Below are positions 53,572 through 62,424 of a stretch of 64,000 bases of DNA, one piece after another. This DNA is from a virus. Its lineage: Duplodnaviria > Caudoviricetes. Location: IMG/VR virus record IMGVR_UViG_3300012344_000013, positions 62,577 through 126,576 of that record, one strand, 5' to 3'. Numbering within the stretch: position 1 is the first letter of the stretch; each line of letters begins with the position of its first letter. The notes under the pieces were generated by a model. That model saw only the letters and a list, made by a program, of their open reading frames with translations, was not told the DNA's origin and did not search any database. Both the position numbers and the translations under genes were made by a program.

Positions 53572-54360
53572 ATGTATAAGCATCATTTATATGAAGGCAT
53601 AAGTATTGATAAAAATAACAATATTATATTCAACTGGAATAAAGATAATAAAAGTAGCGACGTTATCTATTTAGATATCCATACAAGTGGGGAATTTAAC
53701 GATGACGGTATAAAATATATTTACGGATACAAGTATACTCCAAACGCAACGCAGACTCAAAAGAAATTAGTAAGAGACTTTATAAAAGCAGGTAATACGT
53801 CTCGTGATATAGAACATTTTATAGAAAATGCAATATTAGAGATAGAGCACGTTAAGCCACTAAATAACTTTGGTGCCTTAGTAAGAATTAAACCTTTTAA
53901 ATACCCCTCTATATTAAGTCAAATCGAAAATGCTTTAACTTCTTATGCAGAAGTTCCTTATTATAGATTTGAACTAATAAAACAAACTTACAATAAAGTA
54001 ACTTTTAATAGAGAGAAAGCATATCAACTTTTAATAAATAAAGGCTTAGATGAAATAGCTGCTGAAGATAAAATAAACTTTGTAGAAAATAAATTTGAAC
54101 AATTCAAAGCAAGCGGTGAACTTTTTCAAATGAAGAGATTCCTCCCAATCTCTATTCGAGGTGCATTTAGCGATTTCTTAATATTTGAAAATGAACATCA
54201 AAGAAAACTTTATGAAAGTTTACAGAACGTAGATGTTCTCATTTATGACGATTTTTTAACAAGTGAAAGCACGATAAAAGAAATAATTAGGTATTTGAAA
54301 TCGTTCAATCCTAATAATACCCTAACAGTTTTTGTTCTAATAAATCAACAGAGGGATTAA
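53572..54360 (+). CDS. Phosphoribosyltransferase-fold protein (paralog 1)
   Basis: VLIYDDFLTSESTIKE PRPP-binding loop with G to E change. Confidence 0.7.
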   Translation: MYKHHLYEGISIDKNNNIIFNWNKDNKSSDVIYLDIHTSGEFNDDGIKYIYGYKYTPNATQTQKKLVRDFIKAGNTSRDIEHFIENAILEIEHVKPLNNFGALVRIKPFKYPSILSQIENALTSYAEVPYYRFELIKQTYNKVTFNREKAYQLLINKGLDEIAAEDKINFVENKFEQFKASGELFQMKRFLPISIRGAFSDFLIFENEHQRKLYESLQNVDVLIYDDFLTSESTIKEIIRYLKSFNPNNTLTVFVLINQQRD

Positions 54361-54362
54361 CT

Positions 54363-55151
54363 ATGTATATTTTAGAAGGTATAAAAAGAACAAATGATGG
54401 ATATTCGTTTGATTTTAGTAGAGATGAATTTAATGATATTATAAATACAGTAGGATTAAAAATAAACATTTCTTCTTTTTCAGATAATGTTTATTATTTT
54501 GGATATGAATTTACTAAAAATACTAATTCTACTGAACGAGCTAATTTTATAAAATGGCTAAAAAAGTTAAAGGTTTCTGATGTTAATAATGATGTAGCAT
54601 CTTTTATAGATAGGCCACTGATTCAATTAAACAAAGAAATAAATCTAAATAATATAAATGCTTTTATATATCCCATGTCAAGTCAAAACGATTTATTGAA
54701 AATAATAAAACGAGAAGCAGGAAGATGCTTACCCCACTCAGTGAATAAATATTCAATTAATTTGATGAAGAATTTACCAAGAGAAATACAATTCGATTGG
54801 GATTTATTTGAACAGGAGCATGGAGATAGTGAGATATCAACATATAGAAATATGAAAAAGTATATTCAAAATGAGTTACTGCCCTCCATTCAAAAATCAG
54901 AGTATTTCTCTATTGGAAGAGATGTGAAACCTAAATACAGACAATTTTTTATGAATTATTTAAGATTTGAAGATAAGAAGCAAGAAGAGTTACTAAAGCA
55001 AATTCAAAAAGGTACCATTTTAGTAATAGATGATATAAACACTAGCGGCAGTACCTTAAATGAAATTCTGAGAATAGTACGTAGCATAAACCCCGATTGT
55101 ACTATATACATTTTTACGCTAATAGGCAAATCTTCGATGGATTTTAGTTGA
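54363..55151 (+). CDS. Phosphoribosyltransferase-fold protein (paralog 2)
   Basis: IYPMSS, ILVIDDINTSGSTLNE, IFTL. Confidence 0.8.
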   Translation: MYILEGIKRTNDGYSFDFSRDEFNDIINTVGLKINISSFSDNVYYFGYEFTKNTNSTERANFIKWLKKLKVSDVNNDVASFIDRPLIQLNKEINLNNINAFIYPMSSQNDLLKIIKREAGRCLPHSVNKYSINLMKNLPREIQFDWDLFEQEHGDSEISTYRNMKKYIQNELLPSIQKSEYFSIGRDVKPKYRQFFMNYLRFEDKKQEELLKQIQKGTILVIDDINTSGSTLNEILRIVRSINPDCTIYIFTLIGKSSMDFS

Positions 55152-55794
55152 TTTATTCCTATAACTGTAGTATAATATACTTGTAAATAGAAGAAACGAG
55201 GTTGTTAGAAATGAAAACAGCGAGAAAAATCTTTAAGGTAGTAGCAATTATATTAGGTGTTTTATTTGTACTTGGTGCAATTTTAATGGCAGGATACGCT
55301 GATGGCGGTAATGCAGGTTGGGAAGAATTTGAATTATTCGGAATTCTTATAGAAGCTATATTAGCTAGCGCAACAATGCTCTGTTATTTTATATACAATA
55401 TGCTTAAATAATTATACAAGAGAGGTGAATATTTATACAATGAGAGTAGAAATTTTTAAGGAAGAAGAGTTCGAGAGTATACAAGGATGCAAACCTATAG
55501 AGCAAGAAACAGCTTGTATGAAAGTTAGAAATGAAGATAAGTGGCTTATTAGTACTACTGATAACACAATGATATCTAAACTTAAACGTAAATTTATAGA
55601 AAGTAAAGGACTTTGGAAAGCTTATAAAGAAATAACTATTAATAAGCAAACTAAAAAAGAAGAAATAACTACTTACTTCTTTGAAGTACCAAAAAATGCA
55701 GTTACATTTAGAACAGGAATTAAACGCGAAACGCATTTCACTGATGAACAACGTAAAGCAATTGGTGAACGATTTAGGAAAAAGTGATTTTATT

Positions 55795-55832
55795 AAAAAC
55801 TCTGTGTAGAAATTATACAGAGTTTTATTTTT
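55795..55832 (+). terminator. Intrinsic terminator
   Basis: AAAACTCTGT/ACAGAGTTTT followed by T-run. Confidence 0.65.
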
Positions 55833-55862
55833 GAAACAAGCAAACAAGAAGCAATAAAAGAA

Positions 55863-55931
55863 CGAGTTCTAAGCCATTTTAACACGCAGCCTATATAGAA
55901 CATCATCTGAATGCATAAAATGGATTCTAGA
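55863..55931. repeat. Hairpin repeat with TATATAGAACATCATCT core (copy 2)
   Basis: CCATTTTA/TAAAATGG arms; core matches 30458-30474 at 16 of 17 positions. Confidence 0.65.
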
Positions 55932-56399
55932 CCAGTATTTGCACGAGTCTACAATAAAAGAAAGGTAAAGATTGCTAAGGATAACACAAAGAAGATAAAT
56001 TTTACTTCAAAAGTTGATTTTTAATGAAAATTGCGATAAAATATTATAAATTAGAAAAGAGGAATTACTAAAATGTGGGTAAACTTTATAACTGGAAATT
56101 CAGAAAATTTCAATGAAAATCTAAAATCTATAAAATCAATAGTAGCATTAGATAGGTATGTTGAAAAATTACCTAAAAAGAATTCTAAAAATATTTATTG
56201 CTATAAATTAAAACAAAATGGAGAAATAGATTTTAAGGGACTAAAAATTATTATAGAAAATCATACACCTGAAGTTATCTTACTCGGAGATAGCTTCTAC
56301 GATAAAAATATAGATTTTTCTAAATTACGCAAATATTTTATAGAAATTCTTATTAAATTGGATAATTATTATCCTAAAATTTTAATTTATAGGCATTGA

Positions 56400-56760
56400 A
56401 TTCCTTACGCGCACCCGTACGTACGCGTTATATAATAATATTTATATAAATATTTATATAATAATATTATAAATATATAATTATATAAATTATAATATAG
56501 ATATATAAATAATAATTAGTGTATTCTTAATATATTAAGAATACACCATATTAAAAATATATAATAAAATAATTATTATAAATATATATAATAAATTTAT
56601 ATAAAAGGCAGCAGCAGGAGAGAATTTAGCAATATACCGTAACACTTTAGTAAGAAAAAAAATAAATATAACTAAATCTATATGGTGTTAACAAACTATT
56701 TCTAAAATTTTATAGAATATATTTAACATAAACTATATTAATTGATTTTATAGATTTAAT
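56400..56760. other. Extremely AT-rich non-coding region with palindromes; putative replication origin
   Basis: ACGCG..GTACGTAC GCGT block, near-pure AT runs, palindrome GTGTATTCTTAATATATTAAGAATACAC. Confidence 0.45.
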
Positions 56761-56779
56761 TGATAGCTAAATTCAATGA

Positions 56780-57382
56780 TTGTATAATAATTATATTAAA
56801 ATAAAAAGGAATGATATTATGTATAATTACAATTTAGAAATACCAGTATCAATGGAAAGTAAAGCAACAGTATCAGGAAAAGAAATGCCACTAGAATCTG
56901 ATGATGTTATAGAAGATGCTTTTAGAAAACTGGCAAATGAAGTTAAGGGTAATTTAGATAAAAATGCTAATTTTATAACAGATGCTTTTGAATTAGATGT
57001 TTTTGAAGTATCTTATTCAGGAGATTTTGACGAAGATGAGGGAACTCTTTATCTTGATGTAGTAATAGATAAACCTATTGCAGAAGAAGAATTAGAGAAT
57101 TTCTTAGATAAATACTGTAAAGCAAATATAACTCATGTAGAAGCTTTAGACGAAGAAGTTATAACAGATGAGGATGATTCTATAGATGCTACTGTTGTTT
57201 ATAGAGTATCATTAAAAACATTTCCTAATTTAATTATAGTTAATGCAGAAGATGAACTTGTAGAAGAAGACCTTAGTGATTTTGATAAACGTTGGGATGC
57301 TGAGTTTGGTAAATATGCAGATAAGCCTATGCCAACAGAGGAAGCTCTTGCGGTTCTTAGGAGAATGATAGAATTCAAATGA
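56780..57382 (+). CDS. Acidic protein with C-terminal antitoxin-like peptide
   Basis: Ends LVEE|DLSDFDKRWDAEFGKYADKPMPTEEALAVLRRM; overlaps the YafQ gene (ATGA). Confidence 0.55.
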   Translation: MYNNYIKIKRNDIMYNYNLEIPVSMESKATVSGKEMPLESDDVIEDAFRKLANEVKGNLDKNANFITDAFELDVFEVSYSGDFDEDEGTLYLDVVIDKPIAEEELENFLDKYCKANITHVEALDEEVITDEDDSIDATVVYRVSLKTFPNLIIVNAEDELVEEDLSDFDKRWDAEFGKYADKPMPTEEALAVLRRMIEFK

Positions 57383-57744
57383 AGAATTTAGAATACAAAA
57401 AGAAAGCCTTACGAAAAATAAAGGTATTGAGAAGAAAACATTGTAATATAATTCTTAAAAAGTTAGAATCTGCATTGGAATTTATACAACAAGATACTTT
57501 AGATAAGCGTAAAAGTAATCACCCTTTACATGGAAATCATAGAGAACATAAAGAGTTACACATAAACGGAGATACACTACTTATTTACGAAATAGATTAT
57601 AGTACTAATACTACATATGTTTGTGATATTATAAACCATAAAGAGCTTAACGAATCTAATCTTATAGAAATAATAACTCCTAAAAGTCATCCTAATGGCG
57701 GGATAATAATTTCAAAAGAAGATTGGGAAGATTGGGATTGGTAG
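57379..57744 (+). CDS. YafQ/RelE-family toxin domain plus W/D-rich tail
   Basis: SNHPLHG...ELHINGDTLLIY...NHKEL, then NES..PNGGIIISKEDWEDWDW. Confidence 0.8.
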   Translation: MKNLEYKKKALRKIKVLRRKHCNIILKKLESALEFIQQDTLDKRKSNHPLHGNHREHKELHINGDTLLIYEIDYSTNTTYVCDIINHKELNESNLIEIITPKSHPNGGIIISKEDWEDWDW

Positions 57745-57749
57745 ATTAT

Positions 57750-58244
57750 ATGGAAAAGAAAAAATTATATATAAATAAAAATGCTGGAAATATAGAGGCT
57801 AATATTCAAGCTTTTAATAAGTCAACTTTTACAGGAGGTCTTATGGAAGCAGGTTCTGAAAAGCGCTATTTCTATTATTGGAGCCCTATATATCTCCATT
57901 CAACAGGAGAACTTTGGTCAGAAGATGAACAAGCTAGAACAAAGGCGGTTTCAAGAGAAAAAGCAATTTGCAATATCAAACATAAATTTTTTAGGCAATA
58001 TGGAAGAGCGTTTAATCTAAAAGATGAGTACTTACACGAAGAGCCTATAACGGATTATACGGAATTAGAGAATTCAGAAGAAGACCATGTAGAAGACCCC
58101 AAATATAATTTTGATGATATTGATAGGGAAGACGATTATATGGTAGAATCGAGTAATAAATTAGCTGCAAATGTGGAGGTAACAATAGATAAAGAAGGCC
58201 GTATTTTTATACCGAAAGATTTATGGGATGAGTGGGATTATTAG
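57750..58244 (+). CDS. Acidic multi-segment protein ending in AbrB-like W/D tail
   Basis: TIDKEGRIFIPKDLWDEWDY immediately upstream of the PemK gene. Confidence 0.6.
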   Translation: MEKKKLYINKNAGNIEANIQAFNKSTFTGGLMEAGSEKRYFYYWSPIYLHSTGELWSEDEQARTKAVSREKAICNIKHKFFRQYGRAFNLKDEYLHEEPITDYTELENSEEDHVEDPKYNFDDIDREDDYMVESSNKLAANVEVTIDKEGRIFIPKDLWDEWDY

Positions 58245-58679
58245 ATGAGCAAGTATGATATTTACTGGGCATATGTTTATTTTCAAGATACATATAATGG
58301 AAAAAGACGCCCTGTTATTCAATTAGATAATAACACTTTTGTACCGCTAATAGCACCTATAACTTCCCATGCAGCAAGGGACAGACTAGATTATTCAATT
58401 AAAGATTGGAGAGAGGCAGGCTTAACAAAACCTTCTATAATTCGTTTGTCTAAGAGAATAAAATTAAATAGGACTTTATTAGATTCTTATATTGGAAATT
58501 TATCCATAGAAGATTCAGAAGCACTAGATAAGTTGATAGAATCTATAATAAGCAATGAGAGGCTGGTAGAATCAAGTACAAACTATCACAATTGGAGAAT
58601 TAAACCTACTTTCTCAAATAAATATGATGGTAAAGGACATCTAATAGTACCAAAGGGGATTTATAGTGACTGGGATTAA
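58245..58679 (+). CDS. PemK/MazF-like toxin domain plus W/D tail
   Basis: YDIYWAYVYFQD...KRRPV...PITS...DWREAGLTKPSIIR...IGNLS..D, then DGKGHLIVPKGIYSDWD. Confidence 0.85.
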   Translation: MSKYDIYWAYVYFQDTYNGKRRPVIQLDNNTFVPLIAPITSHAARDRLDYSIKDWREAGLTKPSIIRLSKRIKLNRTLLDSYIGNLSIEDSEALDKLIESIISNERLVESSTNYHNWRIKPTFSNKYDGKGHLIVPKGIYSDWD

Positions 58680-60168
58680 AGAAAAAGAAATAAGTATGCC
58701 TTTAAGTGAGTTTGTAGATAATTCTTTAATTTATATTGTAGATGATGTGACAAAAGTAACCGCAAAAGATGTGGTAGAGGATTTTAGATTAGACCTTTGG
58801 GATGAGGGTATAGAAGAAGAGTATGTTCCAACGGGCGTTAAAGAGCGAATTACAGTTTCTAAATCCGATGTTAAAAAAACTATAAGAAATCTAAATACGC
58901 AAGCTTATATGATTCCCAGATACTATAAAACTGTTGATTTTATGAAAGAAAGAAGCTTAGATGAAAAGGAAATTCATGAGGCTGTTAAGAAGCTTTCTGT
59001 AGAAGATTATACATATAGTATATATTCTAAACATCCTGCTCATTTAGGAGATATTTTAGATGTATTTGTAGTTAAGAATAAAAATTTTGGTAATTCCAAA
59101 TTGGACAACTTAATCATATACATAAAAGTAGATGCATTTGAAAAACAAAAAGTTACTATAATATCATTTCACGAAGCAGAAAGAGATGGAAGTGATTTGA
59201 AGCCTTATAAAGAATCTATGGAAACTATTAAAACATTAAGTGATTTTATTGATAACTCAATAGTTGTGTTTACCAATGATATAGATTCTGTAGATGTAAA
59301 AGATATTGTAAATGGGTTTAAGAATGACTCTTGGGATGAAGATATTAAAGAAGATATCGAAACTCCTTCTGTGAAAAATTATAAAATTACTTTATCCAAA
59401 TCAGACGTAGAAAAAGCATTAAGTGATTTACAATATAAAGGTATTGTGTATGTAGATAGAGATAAGAATTCTTCTTTTAAGAATGAAAGAGGTCTTACAA
59501 GAAAAGAAATAATAGAAGCTATTAAAAAGTTAAGCACAGAAGATTATTCTTACAGTTTAGAATCTTCACATTTTTTATATCCTGGTCACATACTAAATGT
59601 ATTTGTAACTAAAAATGATTTAGGTAATGAGAAACTATCTAATTTGATTTTATATATAAAAATTGATACATATGAAAATGAATATGTAACAATAATATCT
59701 TTTCATGAAGCGGAGCGTGACGAAAGTAGTATGAATCCTTATAAAGAATCTATTTTTGAAACATTAAATGAAGATTTAGATGAACAAATAAAAGTTATTT
59801 TCAAGTGTAGTTTATACCAAGGTAATTCCTTAAAACCTGCTAATCTTGAGAATATAGATTTAGATATGGCTTTAAGAAGCGTGATAGCTAAAGACCTTAG
59901 AAACTTTATAGATAAATTCAATGCAGCAAATAATCTTAATTTAGACAATGAAGCTGAATGGACAAGATATGGAATTGATATAGATGATACTAATTTGGAC
60001 AACACTAAGTTAGCAAAAGTAAATCTTTTTGATAATGAAAACAATATAGAGAAAGCAGAAGAGCTATTAAAGAAATCGGGAGATTTTTCTAATAGTATGA
60101 TTTTACTTGATGATGAGGATGGGTATCATACGTTTACTATTACATATAAGATAGTAGATACTGAATAA
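58666..60168 (+). CDS. Polyprotein with two tandem [acidic peptide + MqsR-like toxin domain] units and a C-terminal domain
   Basis: KLS.EDY...L.VF...IYIK....IISFHEAE...PYKES occurs twice. Confidence 0.75.
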   Translation: MTGIKEKEISMPLSEFVDNSLIYIVDDVTKVTAKDVVEDFRLDLWDEGIEEEYVPTGVKERITVSKSDVKKTIRNLNTQAYMIPRYYKTVDFMKERSLDEKEIHEAVKKLSVEDYTYSIYSKHPAHLGDILDVFVVKNKNFGNSKLDNLIIYIKVDAFEKQKVTIISFHEAERDGSDLKPYKESMETIKTLSDFIDNSIVVFTNDIDSVDVKDIVNGFKNDSWDEDIKEDIETPSVKNYKITLSKSDVEKALSDLQYKGIVYVDRDKNSSFKNERGLTRKEIIEAIKKLSTEDYSYSLESSHFLYPGHILNVFVTKNDLGNEKLSNLILYIKIDTYENEYVTIISFHEAERDESSMNPYKESIFETLNEDLDEQIKVIFKCSLYQGNSLKPANLENIDLDMALRSVIAKDLRNFIDKFNAANNLNLDNEAEWTRYGIDIDDTNLDNTKLAKVNLFDNENNIEKAEELLKKSGDFSNSMILLDDEDGYHTFTITYKIVDTE

Positions 60169-60264
60169 GTTGTTGACAAAAATTTAATCTGGGCTTATAA
60201 TTAACATAAATAAAGGCTAAATTAAACGTATTAAAAAAAAAATACATTAAAGGAGTTTTTAACC

Positions 60265-61476
60265 ATGAAGATAAACATACAAGAATCTCTTAAAGAAAGA
60301 GATGCTGTAACTGGAAATAGATATAATCTGTACAGCAATTACTGTTCGCACACTTATACAGTAGAACAAAAGAAAAATATAGCAGAAGCTATTTACAAAG
60401 GAGCTACTGATAGAGAGCTACTTGAAATGGTAGATGATGCTGAAGTAGAATATAGAGAAGTTCAAGAATATGCTAGAGATAATTCCAATAGAAGATTTAG
60501 AGATGAAGATGGAAATATTTTTTCTATCTGGGATTTACTAAACGATTTTATTGATTGGGAATTAGATGATAAAGTAGAAGAAGAGCCTGATAAATCAGTA
60601 AAAGAATTATTTATTGATTATATTAGAAATTCCACAGATAAGAATGGAACTTTAGAAGAGATTAGAGAGAACTTAGAAGAAGCTTCTTATGGAGGAGCTT
60701 ATGACATAGATGACGACCAATATTTTACTAAAGAAGATTTAATGGAGTTTGCAGAAGAAGTAATGTATGTTTTACATACTAATGCAAAAGGACCTTTAGC
60801 TACTCCTGATTATACTGATTTGTATGTAGATGGAAATCAGATATTTATTACAGTAATAGATGAAGACGGAAATGAGTTTACTGATAAAATATCGGTTGAT
60901 TTTAGAAGAGTAAAGAGACTTTCAGATTTAATTTCTAAATATACCTTACCTCTTGCTGAGAGGATTATGGCCCAGGCAGATGATTTTTATAGGGATATAA
61001 ATGAGGGCTGTGGTAAAAAGAAGAAAAAGCTGATAAAAGAAGATGTAGATAGAGATTACGATTTCTATCTTAATCTAATAGATATCGATGTAAGGGACAT
61101 GCTTAAAGAATATCACGAAGCAGGAAATAGAACTCCTTCAGATATTTTGGTAGAGCAAGGTTACACTGATACTGATTCAGAAATCATGTATAGAGAAGTA
61201 AAAGATGGTGACCATACTTATAGACTAGTAATTGATTTTGAGCCAGTATGGGAAGATAATACAATTCATTATTACGTATTAAAAGATGGAAGGATTCCTT
61301 CTGGATATACTTATACTAAAACGGCTTTTGATGAAGAAGAATTGGAAGAAGATTTAGATGAAGTAATCCCCTATTACTATAAACCTGACGGAACGCTAGT
61401 AGCTGGATATAATCCAAAAACAGGGGCCTCTGTTGTACCTCACGATTGGTGCGAAGATTGGGATGAATGGGAATAG
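60265..61476 (+). CDS. Acidic polyprotein with multiple L-x-E sites and W/D tail
   Basis: IQE|S, LEE|A, INE|G, IKE|D, LDE|V; ends YNPKTGASVVPHDWCEDWDEWE. Confidence 0.6.
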   Translation: MKINIQESLKERDAVTGNRYNLYSNYCSHTYTVEQKKNIAEAIYKGATDRELLEMVDDAEVEYREVQEYARDNSNRRFRDEDGNIFSIWDLLNDFIDWELDDKVEEEPDKSVKELFIDYIRNSTDKNGTLEEIRENLEEASYGGAYDIDDDQYFTKEDLMEFAEEVMYVLHTNAKGPLATPDYTDLYVDGNQIFITVIDEDGNEFTDKISVDFRRVKRLSDLISKYTLPLAERIMAQADDFYRDINEGCGKKKKKLIKEDVDRDYDFYLNLIDIDVRDMLKEYHEAGNRTPSDILVEQGYTDTDSEIMYREVKDGDHTYRLVIDFEPVWEDNTIHYYVLKDGRIPSGYTYTKTAFDEEELEEDLDEVIPYYYKPDGTLVAGYNPKTGASVVPHDWCEDWDEWE

Positions 61477-61479
61477 TGC

Positions 61480-61623
61480 ATGGCTAAGAAGTATGATTTA
61501 TATGCGCATTTTGTAGAATATGATGATGTATCAGATGGAAAATACAGGCCAAAGTAGCAGGGTATGACCCTAAAAGCGGTGCAACACTTATTCTAAAAGA
61601 ATTGTATGATGAGTGGGATTAAC
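61480..61623 (+). pseudogene. PemK-plus-tail gene with internal deletion
   Basis: MAKKYDLYAHFVEYDDVSDGKYRP joined out of frame to VAGYDPKSGATLILKELYDEWD. Confidence 0.7.
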
Positions 61624-61647
61624 AACAAATATTAAAGGAGAATTAGA

Positions 61648-62424
61648 ATGGATAAAACAGATAAGCTTTGGGAACTTATGCGAGATGTAGATTCCTTAGA
61701 AGATATTTATGAAACAGAAGAGGGTTATATTGCTTTTGTTTTTGATTCTGAAGGGAATACAGATGAGAGAGTAGAGCAGATAATGAAGGGTTTAGATAAA
61801 GAAGGGTATATGAATTCTTTTGAAGAAACCAACGGCTCTAATGTAATTATATTCGATATTGATTTTGAAGATGAGTTAGAAGAAGCAGTAGTTAAATTTG
61901 AACCTAAATATATTCCAAGAGATTGGAAAGATGTTTATAATTTATTTGAAATCTTAGCTAATGAAGAAGATATTAGATATTTATGCAATAAACATAAAGG
62001 TGAAAAAGCTTGGGATACTGCTTGCGAGAAGTGGTTTGAAGATGATGAATTAGAGGAAGAGCTGCTAAATTTTAATGGGGGCACTTCCATTGAGTTTTTT
62101 GAATATAATGGTAAGTGCCCTATTGAGGAGTTTATAGATGACGTTTCTGACAAAAAGCTAAGAGCTAAAATATTTACAGATATGTGTAGACTTAGTGAGC
62201 TAGGCAGTAGAGCGAGAGAGCCCTTATCTTCTTACCAAGGTGACGGTATATTTGAGATGAGGACCAAACAAGGAAGCAATGTAACAAGGGCTTTTTACTT
62301 CTTTGCTATCGGTGATAAGATAGTGATGACTAATGGTTACGTAAAAAAATCTCAAAAGCGCGACGAAGCTCAATTCAAAAAAGCTAAAAAATATCGTGAT
62401 ATTTACAATTTAGATATGAGGTGA
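61648..62424 (+). CDS. Acidic polyprotein ending in RelE/HigB (Gp49-like) toxin domain
   Basis: IEFFE..GKCPIEEF...LRAKI...REPLS....GIFEMR....R.FYFF...IVMTNGYVKKSQK...AK. Confidence 0.85.
   Translation: MDKTDKLWELMRDVDSLEDIYETEEGYIAFVFDSEGNTDERVEQIMKGLDKEGYMNSFEETNGSNVIIFDIDFEDELEEAVVKFEPKYIPRDWKDVYNLFEILANEEDIRYLCNKHKGEKAWDTACEKWFEDDELEEELLNFNGGTSIEFFEYNGKCPIEEFIDDVSDKKLRAKIFTDMCRLSELGSRAREPLSSYQGDGIFEMRTKQGSNVTRAFYFFAIGDKIVMTNGYVKKSQKRDEAQFKKAKKYRDIYNLDMR

Noticed and set aside
56430-56610. CRISPR-like repeats
   Set aside because: Low-complexity AT runs without constant repeat-spacer periodicity; no cas genes.
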